Below, piece by piece: positions 1 through 12,900 of a DNA stretch of 50,631 nt. The notes below the pieces were generated by a model, which saw only the letters and a list, made by a program, of their open reading frames with translations, had not been told where the DNA came from and ran no database searches. The stretch's first letter is position 1, and each line of letters starts with the position of its first letter. The stretch spans positions 133,894,684 to 133,945,314 of the forward strand of contig NC_068981.1 of NCBI RefSeq assembly GCF_001194135.2, read 5' to 3'. This DNA is from Octopus bimaculoides (lineage: Eukaryota). Position numbers and translations under genes: made by a program.

Positions 1-190
1 ATATATATATATATATATACATATATATGACGGGCTTCTTTCAGTTTCCGTCTACCAAATCCACTCACAAGGCTTTGCTCAGCCCGAGGCTATAGTAGAA
101 GACACTTGCCCATGGTGCCACGCAGTGGGACTGAACCCGGAACCATGTGGTTGGTAAGCAAGCTACTTACCACACAGCCACTCCTGCGCC
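1..190 (-). mobile_element. SINE family A (tRNA-derived head), 5' half, cut by window edge
   Basis: Reverse complement begins GGCGCAGGAGTGGCTGTGTGGTAAG with a B-box-like GGTTCAGTCCC; near-identical to copies at 13381, 35134 and 40086. Confidence 0.9.
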
Positions 191-739
191 TATTGTCATC
201 AAACATTTTACAAGCCTTGTAAGTGGAATTAAGGAGACAGAAACTGCAAGATACTTGTTGAATTGATGATACCTGTTCTGGGGTGGTAGATTTTATTTGG
301 CATCCAGTTTAATCACCACCACCTAACACTTGGGTACCCTCAGTAGGGAGTTCCCTCCATGGTTAAACCAGATCTAAGGACTAAGGATATCTTGATAGCT
401 TCGTGCATCACTTGCTACTGCACCAAGACAAGAAAGTTATGGTTTCTTATTCAATTTCTGCTACCTGTCTTGGAGGCCCCAGGAAAAAGACATGGGTGCT
501 GCTTTCCTTCTTTTGAATAAACCATTTTACACACACACACACAGACACACACTCACACCCAGAATGCCTTGCAACCTTTAATTATTTTATCTTTCTACAT
601 TTAAGTTCAAATCCTGCCAACCCGAAGTTGACTTACTGTTATTGATTTCTTTCAGTCAGTTATTGAACTAAACATCATAAAGTGGTCACTCCCATTGACT
701 AAAGCTTTGAATATAACTAAATAAATGAATAAGTACACA

Positions 740-981
740 TCTTTTATTTTTCATCTTTTATTTGTTTCAATCATTAGACTGAGGTCATGCTAGGACACAG
801 CCTTAATGAATTTTTAGCCAAATGAATCAACCCCACTCTTTTTTTTTTTTTTTTTTTGTAAACCCAACACTTATTCTATCAGTTTCTTTTGCTGAACCAC
901 AAGGTTATGGGGGCATAAACACACCAACACTGATTGTCAAGCAGTGGAGGGGGACAAACAAAGGTACACATGCATAGATAT
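740..981 (-). mobile_element. SINE family A, older copy, 3' half (its head is at 1477-1631)
   Basis: Diverged match to the family-A 3' half; stops at the internal AT-rich tract where the 982-1476 block interrupts it. Confidence 0.7.
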
Positions 982-1372
982 ATTCTTTTACTTGTTTCAG
1001 TCATTTGACTGTGATCATGCTGGAGCACCGCCTTTAGTCGAGCAAATCGACCCCAGGGCTTATTTTTTGTAAGCCTAGTACTTAATCTATAGGTCTCTTT
1101 CGCCAAACCGCTAACTTACAAGGACGAAAATGCATGTGCATCGGTTGTCAAGCAATGTTGTGGGGGACAAATACAGACACACAAAACACACACACACATA
1201 CACACATATATATGACAGGCTTCTTTCAGTTTCCGTCTACCAAATCCACTCACAAGGCTTTTGGTCAGCCCGACATTATAGTAGAAATTGCCCAAGGTGC
1301 CAGGCAGTAGGACTGAACCTGGAACCATGTTGTTGGTAAGCAAGCTACTTACCACACAGCCACTCCTGTGCC
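982..1372 (-). mobile_element. SINE family A, full length
   Basis: Head (rc GGCACAGGAGTGGCTGTGTGG) through TGAAACAAGTAAAAGA tail; roughly 90% similar by eye to young copies. Confidence 0.9.
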
Positions 1373-1375
1373 TAT

Positions 1376-1476
1376 AAAATATAGAATGCTTTGCAAATCT
1401 GCATGTCAACCTTGCGCAGGGACCCATGCTAATCTTCTCTGTACTTTTCCAGTTTTAGAATATGTACTACTGTAGC
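1376..1476 (-). pseudogene. U6: U6 snRNA retropseudogene (lacks first ~6 nt)
   Basis: rc reads GCTACAGTAGTACATATTCTAAAACTGGAAAAGTACAGAGAAGATTAGCATGGGTCCCTGCGCAAGGTTGACATGCAGATTTGCAAAGCATTCTATATTTT, about 83% identical by hand to the U6 genes at 47127+; no upstream U6 promoter. Confidence 0.92.
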
Positions 1477-1631
1477 TTCTTTTAGTTTCTGTCTACCAAA
1501 TTCACTCGCAATTATTCGGTTGGCCTGAGGCTATAGTAGAAGACATTTGCCCAAGATTCCATGCTGTGAGACTAAACCTGGAACCATGTGATTGAAAAGG
1601 AAACTTCTTACCACACAGCCATGCCTGCACC
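1477..1631 (-). mobile_element. SINE family A, older copy, tRNA-derived head
   Basis: Diverged head that abuts the U6 retrocopy at a shared GC. Confidence 0.8.
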
Positions 1632-1861
1632 CCCACATACACATAAGCTTTGAATATGCAACATATGTAATATACAACTCACTTTATATTCCTTATCTAT
1701 CTATCTATCTATCTATCTATCTCTCTTTGTCTTTTTATCTATCTATTTAATTATCTATTTCTCCTCCATTTGATTTGAATTTTACTAAATCTGTGTTTGT
1801 GTTTATCAAAGGATTTCAGTTCAATGATCTAAAACTTCTTTCTGCTGTCTATCTTTATCAG

Positions 1862-2029
1862 TATGTTGATCTAAAGAATGCTTACCTATGTGGCTATCTG
1901 AAAATCAAAGGGCTTACAGAAGAATATCCAATACTTACAACATTTTTCGACGGTGAAATCATCAGTGAAAAGCATCCATTTTTAACTCGTAAGTGGGATG
2001 CTGATGAAGATGTGGACAGGAAACACTGG
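1862..2029 (+). CDS. GID4: GID4 internal coding exon (168 nt, phase 0/0)
   Basis: CAG acceptor ending 1861, GTATGT donor at 2030. Encodes [56 protein letters not shown], nearly identical to the vertebrate GID4 segment as I recall it. Confidence 0.96.
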
Positions 2030-2040
2030 GTATGTAAAAT

Positions 2041-2098
<58 letters not shown>
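2041..2098. repeat. (CT)n(AT)n compound microsatellite
   Basis: Directly visible. Confidence 0.95.
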
Positions 2099-2099
<1 letters not shown>

Positions 2100-2716
2100 C
2101 TCTTTCTGTTGAGATAACAACATGATTTGGATTTCTAATGACCTTATCAGTAAAGCATAAAATTGAAACATAGCCATACTTACCTCCCTTACTTATCAAG
2201 AAAATGATGTTTAATTGATGATTGATACTGCTTTTTCCTTGCTGAATATGTTAAGCTTTTTAAATATGTTTACACTAACTTAATTAGAATTAAATAGTAT
2301 AAAGACAATGATAATAATGTCAGGAAGATTTTTTTTTTCCTATCATCATCTAAGAATGATATCCTCAGGGAAATTAGTGGAAACTTAGAACATTCAGTCA
2401 AGGATGAAAGTATCATCATCATCATCATTTTACATCTAGTTTTCCATATTGGCTCAATTAGGCAAGTTGACAAACCAGAATAGTTCTTATTTGGAGTCAC
2501 TGCTTTAATATGTGTGTGTGTGTGTATCCATGCGCACATATGTGTGTAACTGAGTTTTCAGTATATCCATAAGTTTCATAGGTGTAAAGCTCTCCTGAGA
2601 TATAATCATCTCTCCTCCTCCTCCTCAAACATCCCCCCACCACCACCACCACTTAATCAAGAGGACCTTCCTCTTTCCCTTGTTCCCCCCCCCCATTTCC
2701 CTTTCCTTGTCCTTTC

Positions 2717-2953
2717 CAGTCTTGCAAGTTACTTAGCAACCCCATTTGTGTGAGTGGCAGGAAACAAAACATCCAGTCCACACTATAAAGTGGTTAACAT
2801 TAGGAAGGGTATCCAGCCATAGAAACCATGCCAAAGCTGACATGGAGCATGATGCAGCTCCCTGGCTGGCCAGATCCTTTCACATTATTGTTGGATGGTT
2901 TGACATCTATGCCAGCATGAAAAACAAATGTTAAATGATAACAATGATGATGA
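2717..2953 (+). mobile_element. SINE family B 3' part with RTE-like (GAT)n tail, diverged
   Basis: TTAGGAAGGGTATCCAGC...CAGCATGAAAAAC...TTAAATGATAACAATGATGATG matches the tail of the copies at 7438 and 20310. Confidence 0.7.
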
Positions 2954-3431
2954 TATGCCACTTTTTACCTCTTTCTGATTCTACCTGATCATTCCCATCC
3001 TCCCTTCTAAAATGTGAGTAGTCTTGTAGTTCCTCTTAACCCTTTACCTACCAGTGATCTCATATGAGATCACTTAAAAATTACAAATTTCGTAATTATC
3101 TGTCAATATTTACACATATCTAACCTTTTTGCTATATCTACTAGGTATATTTCTCTGATATTCAAATGAGGTTTGCTAATTTTTCACCCAATATCTCACT
3201 TATTTCTATTTAAAATGTTATTTTGATCATTCCTGCGTGTTTCTAAGACTGTTTTATGCTAGAAATCAAAGTTTCATAAAAAAAAATTCCAGTTAATAGA
3301 ATTATGGGAGGTAATGGGCTAAGCAAGAAACCTACTAGACCTAGTACATGAGTAAAAAGTCTAATACAGTCCCTATTCATGCCCTGAATATAATATATGA
3401 TTAAATTATTGTTATTTCTCTCTTTTCACAG

Positions 3432-3533
3432 GGGAAATTTTTATCATTTTTTAAATTAGCAAAAAGTTTTAATTCCGACACATTTGACTATGATGAACTT
3501 CAAAAGACAGATTGTGTATTTATGCGGTGGAAG
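3432..3533 (+). CDS. GID4: GID4 internal coding exon (102 nt, phase 0/0)
   Basis: TTTTCACAG acceptor, GTAAGT donor at 3534. Encodes [34 protein letters not shown]. Confidence 0.96.
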
Positions 3534-3576
3534 GTAAGTTATTCCAAATGCTACATGTAGCCATGCCTTTCTACTT

Positions 3577-3595
3577 CCTCCTCCTCCTCTCTCTT

Positions 3596-3684
<89 letters not shown>
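3577..3684. repeat. (CT)n microsatellite
   Basis: Directly visible. Confidence 0.95.
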
Positions 3685-3687
<3 letters not shown>

Positions 3688-3751
3688 CAGTCTCTCATTC
3701 TTAACTCTGTGATACCTATGTTAAGGAGTGCATTTAAAGCCAAAAGTAATA

Positions 3752-3968
3752 CAAGCAGGTGCTGAAAGCTTCCTGGCTATGGGTAAAAGAAAATACAGGA
3801 GGATCAGTTAATTACGATTTTATTCAACATATTCCCCTCTCAGTTTCACACACTTATTGCAGAGGTCCTTCAGTTTTTCTAATCCCTGTGAAAGAACTCA
3901 GGAGGCTGGGCCTCCAACCAGGTCATTCACAATACCCTTAAAGCCAGGAACTTACCAGAACCCCTTCA
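3752..3968. mobile_element. Mariner-type MITE, diverged copy
   Basis: TA-flanked; termini CAAGCAGGTGCTGAAAG...ACCCCTTCA; body homologous to 17512-17729. Confidence 0.8.
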
Positions 3969-4242
3969 TATATGAGCAAGATGTGGAATCTCTGACTTGT
4001 CTAGTAGAGCAGTAATTTGTCAAATCAAAGACAGCATGGGTAGCAGACATAAAATGGTGATGGTGTCCGCTTAGTTTATTTAAGTGTCACTAACTTTGTA
4101 ACAGCTACCAGATATATTATTTGTTTGCATGCAATAATAGTTATTCAAATGCATTATAACTTTAATGCTCATTGGAGCTTTAGATTTTGTTGTTTTGTTC
4201 TTGTAAAAGTTCAATGTTTGAAGCACCAAAAAATAATTTTTC

Positions 4243-4445
4243 CTTCTAATTTTGACACAAGGCCAGCAGTTTTGAGGGGAGGGTGAAAGGTTGATTATAT
4301 TGACCCCAGTATTTGACTGGTACTTATATTATTGAAAGGGTGCAAAGCAAAATTAACCTTGGTAGAATTTGAATTCAGAATGTAAAGAGCAGGAGAAAAA
4401 TGCTGCTGTGCATTTTGTGTGACATGCTAATGATTCTGCCAAATT
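4243..4445 (-). mobile_element. SINE family C (tRNA head plus GCCTTTCATCC...GATAAAATAAGTACCAG-type core)
   Basis: Homologous to copies at 20945, 33335, 37112 and 40525. The core resembles the Meta/MESC-type domain from memory (unverified). Confidence 0.7.
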
Positions 4446-5019
4446 GTGATGCCTATTAGCAATATATCACAGAGTTAAGAATGAGAAACAGGTGTTTTTT
4501 ATCATGGCGCCAGCACTAAAGAAGTTGTCATATCCTCAACAAGACTAAAGACTCCTCTTTACTTCTCATCGCTACTTACTCATTAAGGCTTTGTAAGTAA
4601 AAAGTTTGCTTCCCAACCCCACAATTTCAAATTCAGTTCCACTGTGTTGTACCTTGGGCAAATATCTTCTATTACAGCTTCAGGAAAAAAGAAAAGATGG
4701 CCACCACAGAAGGAATGCTTTTAATCATAATATTGCTCAACCAAGGCTAAACAACAACAATTAAAAGAAGCCTAGCAGTGGAATTCATTGATATTTCCAA
4801 AAATGTGGCAAAATAAATCTAAAGACCCTGTCTTGGGTGAAATAACAGTGCTAATTATTGTTGGTTGAACAGATTATTTCATTCAACACGAGCATTTATA
4901 ATTTTTTCTTATTTTGTTAAAATGAGGATCAATGTATATGTCACATTGCTGTACTTAAGAAGACCCACCCACAACAGCATAATTGAGATCCTAAAACCAA
5001 AGAGTCACGTAAAAAGGAC

Positions 5020-5362
5020 TGATACTGGTGTCAAATAAAAAGCACTGGTGCTGCTGCCACATAGAAAGCGCTGGTGCTGGTGCCACATAAAAAGCACTGG
5101 TGCTGGTGCCTCATAAAAAGCACTGGTGTTGGTGCCACATAGAAAGCACTGGTGCTGGTGTCACATAAAAAGCACTGGTGCTGGTGCCACATAAAAAGCA
5201 CCCACTACACTCTATAAAGTGGTTTGCATTAGGAATGGCATCCATCTGTAGAAACCAAGCCAAAACAGATTATGGAACGTGGTACGGCCCCTGGCCTTGC
5301 CAGCTCCTATTAAGCCATGCAACTCACCACAGCATGGGAAACAAACATTAAATGATGATGAT
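5020..5362 (+). mobile_element. SINE family B 3' part containing an internal minisatellite
   Basis: After the repeat array comes AAAAGCACCCACTACACTCT...TTAGGAATGGCATCC...TTAAATGATGATG. Confidence 0.75.
5044..5199 (+). repeat. 26-bp minisatellite x6 (ACTGGTGCTGGTGCCACATAAAAAGC)
   Basis: Six head-to-tail units starting at 5044, 5070, 5096, 5122, 5148 and 5174. Confidence 0.95.
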
Positions 5363-5655
5363 TGCTGAATCCTTTAGCTAAGGAACTGAAAGTTTAGAAT
5401 TAAATGTCCTTCCTATTCACACGCAACATAACACTTATAAAAGCTATGTTTTTAAAATACACAAGCTGGTAATCCAATATCTTATTATTCAGCTATTTTA
5501 CTCATATTTGTTTATCTTCAGATGACATAAACACCTTATCTGACATCTTTGTGTCTTATCTTTGTCAGCAATAGTTTATTTCTTATGTCATTTTGTAACA
5601 GATTGAAGCTTTCTCCCTTTAAGACATATATAATGTGAAAGTGTTCTTTAGAGAG

Positions 5656-5696
<41 letters not shown>

Positions 5697-7287
5697 ATGT
5701 CATTACTCTAACGTCTACTCTTTTCCATGCTTTGCATGAGTCAGACAAAATTCATTAAATCAGATTTTCTATGGCTAGGTGCTCTTCCTGTTGCCAACCC
5801 TCACCCATTTCCAAACATGGTAATATTTCCCCTTGTCTTTTGAACACAAACAGCACAGTGGCAAGACATGTTTTCGTGGAAGGTTGCAAATGAACAGCAT
5901 CATTCGTGTTACAGTAACAATTAGTATGGTGCCAAGAAAAGGAGACATGAACATACACGTATATCTAAATTGAGGCAGTGGAACAGGTAAAATCCAGGCT
6001 ACGTATGTTTCCTAGCTAGCAGATCCTCTCGTGTAATAATTACTCACCGAGGAGTATTCAACTAGCTACACATCAGGCCAAACATACCTTAATTATATGA
6101 AGGTTATATTGTCATTTGGGAATCTTGTTGCTAACCGTGAGCTATACAAAAATTTCTCAGCTATTAAGCTTCAATATGGGAAAGCCTACAACCTGATGCC
6201 AATAAATTATTATTGTTCCTGAATATTGCTTTTTATACCTATCACAGACTGCTCAAAGCTTACAAAGTTCCGACATTTACATGTGTGTGTGTGGTGTGCT
6301 CCTTTCAGCTTCAGTCTATCAAATCTAATCACAAAGCTTTTGTTCATCCCAAGGCTACAGTAGAAAGCACCCAAGGTGCCACATTGTGGGACAATCCAAA
6401 CCCTGTAGATGTGAAGTAGCAAGCTTCTTAACCATAAAACCATGCTTGTGTATGTATGTATGTGTGTGTTATTATGTATGTATGTAGAACTATTTTAAAA
6501 GAGTAGGATATGGTTTATGAGAGATTTAGCTGCTATTTTTAGTGGATTCAGTGACTACACAAAGGCTTCCACAGGAATATGTTAGCCAATTACTTTTACC
6601 TCCTCATCTGGTGCCGCTGAGTTTTCCTAATTATCAGTTCATAGGTACTGAATAAGTATCTTCTGGCAATATACAGGTTTTCTCTTGGAAGATTCTTCTA
6701 ATTTGTGTAGAGCTAAATATAGGCTTCACACAGCATTGGTTGGCCCAAGCTATATAGTGGGAGAAAATAAAACAACTCTCTTTTTTTATTTCCTTTGCAA
6801 TTATATTTGCTCATTGTTCAACTTGATTGTGTCTGCATAGCTGGAAACATAGATAGGAGTTAATACCTTGCAGAGTGTGACATTGCCAAAAGGAATCCAG
6901 GTAGCAGCATCCCAGAGCTGTGAATCACTAGTTTTGGAATGCTACAGACAAATCTAATTCCATGAAATCTGAGATAAGCCCAATCCAAAACCAGCCTTCA
7001 CAAAGTCGACATGGCTAGCATACTTAACGGAGCCAACAAAAATAATTTCAGTTAACTAAAATCACTTCTGCAGTGTTGACCAATAAATATAACTGCTTCA
7101 ACTAAAGTATTAATGAAATTTGTTCATAGAGAAGAGCAACAACTCTGAAATTTTAATTAAAATATATGGTGGCAATTCCAGATAAATTTCATTCAAATTA
7201 GTAAACTTAATCTCTGTGTGCTAAGTCTTTTCCAGTTCTTGTCAGATCTTGTGATAAAGGTATACAAGAAATGTACATGAGCTGATC

Positions 7288-7801
7288 CAGGTGTGACTGT
7301 GTAGTTAAGAAACTTGCTTCCCAACCATATGGTCTTGGGTTCTGTCCCACTGTGTGGCACTTTGGGCAAGTGCCTTCTACTATAACTCCTTGCCAACTAA
7401 AGCTTTGTGAAAGGATTTAGTTGACTGAAAGAAGACCATCATATCGTGATGGCACCTGTGCCCAGTGTCGCCTTTCTAGCACTTGTGCCGGTGGCACGTG
7501 TAAAGACTTTCGAGCGAGATCGTTGCCAGTGCCGCTGGACTAGCTCTTGTGCAGGTGGCACGTAAAATACACCATTTTGAGTGTGGCCATTGCCAGTACC
7601 GCCTGACTGGCCTTCATGCCAGTGGCACGTAAAAACACCCACTACACTCTCAGAATGGTTGGCGTTAGGAAGGGCATCCAGCTGTAGAAATTCTGCCAAA
7701 TCAGATTGGAGCCTGGTGTAGCCATCTGGTTCACCAGTCCTCAATCAAATCGTCCAACCCATGCTAGCATGGAAAGCAGACGTTAAACGATGATGATGAT
7801 A
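7288..7801 (+). mobile_element. Family-A head (7288-7435) joined to a family-B body and RTE-like tail (7438-7801)
   Basis: tRNA-like head; body matches 20310-20660; ends GACGTTAAACGATGATGATGAT. Confidence 0.85.
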
Positions 7802-7959
7802 TACGTATAAATCTGACATGGGCGATTCTTTCTTGTCTTGGGATTCACAGTAAAACGGCTGGGTGGAACTGCACAAAAAATTACACAGATGTGTTGAATG
7901 ATCCAGTGGTGATGCTGGGCTTTGTATTTTTTTCATAGTTCTCATGGTTACTGAGGTAA

Positions 7960-8407
7960 TCTACTATAATAATACTCTTGTGTTTATGAATGAGAAAGAA
8001 AGGAGTGATAGATGAATAAGGAAGGAAAGGGTGATGTCATACTTAGTAATGGGATGATGAAAACTGTACGCTGAAAAAAATAGATCAAACAGTGTTTCAA
8101 CTATGTGTGAATATATGTGTGTGTATGTAATAGGGGGGTATTGAGTGTGTTTGTGTGTGTGCGTGTGCACGCGCAATGGAAGTGAGATGGTTTGTCTTTG
8201 TTCACTTAGTATTTGGGTTTATTTTTTGATTTGGTTGAATCTTGGTTGGTGTTTTTTTTTTAGTGTTTTTTAGTGTTTTTTTTTTTAGTGTTTTGACAGA
8301 AAAATCTCATTCTAAAATTGTTTTTTAACATAAGCATGCCCAAACAAGAGTAGGTTTTACAGCCACATCATCCAAACCGACTGGGTGAAGCCGGGCTTAG
8401 CTGCTAG
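7960..8407 (+). mobile_element. Probable non-autonomous Helitron
   Basis: A|TCTACTATAATAATA 5' end; subterminal GC-rich hairpin remnant (CTGGGTGAAGCCGG); CTAG|T 3' end; A/T insertion site with no TSD. Confidence 0.6.
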
Positions 8408-8431
8408 TATATATATATGTATGTATGTATG

Positions 8432-8700
8432 TGAAGGCACATGGCTTAGTGATTAGAGTGTTGCACTCACGATTATGAGATCATGTGTTTGATTCCCAGA
8501 CCGGGCATTGCATTGTGTTCTTGAGCAAAGTACTTCATTTCACATTGCTCTGTGATCATTTTGTCATCTGACATGTGCAGGTAGTGTCAATCTGATGGAG
8601 GAAATGAGCTTATGTGTACACAAACATTTGATCACTATAAACAAAATCATCTGTGTGGTTGTTCGGTAAGAAATTGTTGAACCCTCATACATTGTCTAAT
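8432..8700 (+). mobile_element. tRNA-derived SINE (family D head)
   Basis: GAAGGCACATGGCTTAGTGATTAGAG A-box, GTTTGATTCCC B-box, then TGTTCTTGAGCAAAGTACTTCATTTCACATTGCTC. Confidence 0.7.
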
Positions 8701-8931
8701 GACGGGAAAGTCCATTATTATGTATGTATGTGTATGTGTATATATGTNNNNNNNNNNNNNNNNNNNNNNNNNNNNNNNNNNNNNNNNNNNNNNNNNNNNN
8801 NNNNNNNNNNNNNNNNNNNNNNNNNNNNNNNNNNNNNNNNNNNNNNNNNNNNNNNNNNNNNNNNNNNNNNNNNNNNNNNNNNNNNNNNNNNNNNNNNNNN
8901 NNNNNNNNNNNNATATATATATATATATAAG

Positions 8932-9270
8932 GTAAACACCCCCTTCGGTCATGAATGATCATGGGATTGCACCTAGAAAGTTCACCTCTGGGCTACAAGT
9001 CTGGGCAAGGTAGTCTATGAAAGACTAGCAGTCACCCATGCATGCCAACCTCTCCTTTCCATGCCACTGATGTTATCCAAGGGAAAGGCAAAGGCCAGTA
9101 CAGCTTAGCACCAGTGACATCAAAACTCATTTCTACAGTTGAGTGAACTGGACCAAGATGAAATAAAGTGTCTTGCTCAAGAACACAACACACAGCCCGG
9201 TCCAGGAATTGACCTCACTACCTCATGACTGTGAGCCTGACGCTCTAACCACTGAAACATGCGCCTTCAT
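8932..9270 (-). mobile_element. tRNA-derived SINE (family E), near full length
   Basis: rc starts TGAAGGCGCATGTTTCAGTGGTTAGAGCGTC with B-box GTCAATTCC; shares the TTGAGCAAGACACTTTATTTC segment with family D. Confidence 0.8.
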
Positions 9271-9654
9271 ATACATAATGTGTTTGTGTGTGCTTTTGTG
9301 TTTCCTTGTCCTGACGTCACATGATGATTGCAAATGAGCATCATCACCATACAGTCCTTTGTGACAAACATGTCTAGCTGTGAGGAAATATTACCTTGCT
9401 TGGAAACAGGTGGAAGTTGGTGATAGGAAGGACATTCAGTCATAGAAAATTTGCCTCAACAAATTCCATTTGATCCAAGGAAGCATGGAAAAGTGGATAC
9501 TGGATAATGATGATTGGCATAATGACTTCTAATGACCGAGGGGAATCACATAAAGCACAGTTGTTGGGTGAGTGTAACATAATGTAGACAGTGAAGCAAT
9601 GAGAGAAGAAAGAGAGAGAGGGAGAGAGTTTCAGAAATGGTCAGATATAAATTC

Positions 9655-9975
9655 TTTTATCTTTTACTTCTTTCAATCATTGGGCTGTGGTTATGCTAAG
9701 ATACCATCCTGAAGGGTTTTGTCAAACAAACTAACCCCTGTACTTTTTTTTTTAAGTTCGGCACTTATTCTATCAGTCTCATTTGCCGAAACCACTAAGT
9801 TACAGGGATGTAAATGAACCAACATCAGTTGTCAAGAAGTGGAACATACACATAAGTAAAGGCACACACACAATGGGTTCAGTACTTAGAAAGATTGTTA
9901 TTTGATTCTAATTCTATAAAAAGCAAACACATATACAAACACATGTATATATAAATATATATACAACAGGCTTCT
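9655..9975 (-). mobile_element. SINE family A 3' half, diverged
   Basis: Matches the family-A tail; abuts the truncated integrase end of the Gypsy element. Confidence 0.65.
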
Positions 9976-12900
9976 TGGATTGAGGGTCACTCTGTATATT
10001 CTTAAGAAATTTGTCAATGCTTCATTGTTACTTAATTCATTTTTCGCTTTTCTTAATGCTCTCTTAAAAGTGTCCACAAATCTTTCTACCTGCCTGTTTG
10101 ACCTGGGGTGGTAGTGTGGAGTGAAAATATGCTTTATCACATGCCTCTTACAGTTCTTGAATTCATACCCAGAGAACTGCGCTGTTGTCTGAAACTAATG
10201 TGTCAAGGACATTATATTACGCAAACAATTCATATCAGACTTTATAGTTGTCTTAGAGGTTGGTCTATAGCGCCTGCAAACCTCTAAGCCACTTAGTACA
10301 GCTATTTACTATGATTAAGTAGTAAGCGTCGTTTACCGGTCCGGCATAGTCAATGTGTAACCTAGACCATGGGTTCTCTGTCTCTGGCCATGATTAATAT
10401 TTTACCAGCAGGGCTTTGGCTACGAGTGCACAGCCTTGGCATGTTCTCATCAAGTTTTCAATATCTTGGTCCATAGACAGCCAATAGACATAACTACTCA
10501 TCAGAGCCTTCATCCTTGCCATTCCTGGATGTCTGCTGTAAAATTGTTGCAGTACATCTTTTGTAGTTAGAACCACCACTCTTTGGGCATACATCAGAAT
10601 ATTATCACAAATTGAAAACCTGCTGTCATCTGAATTTTTATTTTGTTAATTTTTTTAAAGCTTCTTTCATTTTCATAATATACTCATCACCTACAGCTTT
10701 CATTCTTATATCCTGTGCAGTCACTGGTAGTTCTTGGATAATCTTCATCATAACACTTTTAATTTCACTTTCTGCCTGCAGTGCAGCTATAATAAGTCTC
10801 TTCTAGTAGTTCCATATTTTTTGGAATTGACTGATTTTTTTTTTCAATGGAATGTATTGCATTTTGAAATTATAGTTCAGTAATATTACACCCCAACATT
10901 GCAGGCAGTTCACAGTATGAGTTGGTAACCCTTTTTTAGACCCATAAATCAACAGCAAAGGTCTATGGTCTATTTGCAATAAAAAAATTTCAGCCATGCA
11001 GAAACCTGTGAAATTTTTTAACAGCAAAAATAATTGCTAAGGCCTCCTTTTCAATTTTACTATATCTCTTCTCTGCAGCTATTAGCAAGCGCAAAACATG
11101 AACCACTGGTTTTGTACTTCCGTCTTCATATTTATGAAGTAGAACAGCACCTAATCCATGCTCAGAAGCATCAGACACTACAATGATGTCCATTTCGAGA
11201 TGATAATGTGCTAACAACAGGTCTGAGATGAGAATTTTTTTTATTTCTTCAAAAGTGGCATTTACTCCTTTTTTTAATAAGTCATTCAATGGAGCTCTTA
11301 ACTTGTGCATATTAGGAATGTAATTTTGGTTGTAGTTTGCCAGCCCAAGAAATGCTTGTAAAGTTGGAATATTTGTCAGCGCAGGCATATTCCTTATTGC
11401 ATCTACCCTTGATGGGTCAGGACGTCTACCACTTTTATCAATTATTTGCCCTATGTACTTAATTTAGGGTAGAAAGAATTCGCATTTTTCTTCACTCAAA
11501 GTGAATCCAAAAACTTTAGTTCCACATGCTGTTCGCGAGAATTACTCTTGATCAAAATATCGTCCAAGTATGGGATTGCAAATTCACAATCAGATAGCAN
11601 NNNNNNNNNCAATCCTCTGTGTGTATTTATTGTCAAATACTTTGAGCATTTTTCATTTACTTCTCTCTGTAAATAGGCTTCAGACAGATCTAATTTGGGA
11701 AAAAATTTTCCACCATTTAGCTTTGAAAAAATGTCCTCTGCAGTTGGGGTGGATGGTGGTATGTTTTTAAGCAGTTGTTCAATTCTGTAGAGAAATCAGC
11801 ACACTGCCTTTTTTTTTTTTTTTTTTAATACATACCGTGGGTGCTGCCCACTTTGAGTAACCCACCTTTTTGATGACTCCACTCTTTTTGAGTCTGTCCA
11901 ACTCTTCATTTACGGTTTGAATTGCCCCAAATGGCACTTTTCTGTTTGCTTTAAATACAGGTACAGCGCTTTCACTTACTTGGAAATAGGCTTCTGTCTT
12001 TCTACAGCATTTTATTTCACTTTTTTTCTTCAGTTCTTCCAAAGACTTGTTTTTAACGGGACAACTATTTATGTTATTGCAGTAAAGGTTTATGGGGCGA
12101 TACCAAAAATCAAATAGTTCTAACCAATCTATGCCAAACAGATGGATTGTATTATCCACAATGAATAATTATGCTTCGCTGTCTCTCCTTGAAATGTGAC
12201 ATCGATACATGTTTTGCCCATGAAATGTAATTTATCACCCATTACACCACACACTATTTTTGCTGTTTTACGTAATCTTGGTTTACCAGTTTCCTTCCAA
12301 GTATCCACATTTATAATCAAGATGTCACTACCTAATTTGGTATTCACATCATTTATTTTTATGAGCATAAGTCTTCTTGTTTTTCCATTGCAATCACTCT
12401 CTGCTGAAAACACCTTAGAACTTTTTGTGTTTGAGTCTCATAGTCTTGTTCTACAATGAGAACTCCTGTGTCTCCCAGCTTCTGACAACTGTAGCACTTT
12501 TTGTTTTTAAACGGGCAATCCTTTTTGTAGTATAGTCCTCCACAACCATAATACAGATTAGGGCCTGACACATTTTTTTATTGTACTTTCCGGGACAACA
12601 CATTTGAATTTTTGCAGAGTCTTTATCTTGTATCTTTTTCACATCATGTTTAAGATTTACCATAGTCTGACATTCTTCTGCAGTGGTTTATAGAGATAAA
12701 TCCTGGTTCTCTTGCTCCATTTTTGAGAGAATCCTTGCCTGAATTTCTTTATTTTCGAGTGCTATAAGTCCTTGCACAAAGATAAGTGATTTGAACTTAT
12801 CCTGAGTGAGAACCTGAAGTTTGAAATTTTCACACATACGGTTCACTACACCAGCATAGGTGATAAAATCATCCTCCTGATTCTTTATTAAGTTCCAACA

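Noticed and set aside
1775-1861. N-terminal part (MNFTKSVF...) and C-terminal tail of ORF 1775-2125 as coding
   Set aside because: Only 1862-2029 matches GID4; the rest lies outside canonical splice sites and runs into a microsatellite.
5044-5199. CRISPR-like array
   Set aside because: The units are head-to-tail with no unique spacers, lie in a eukaryotic SINE, and there are no cas genes.
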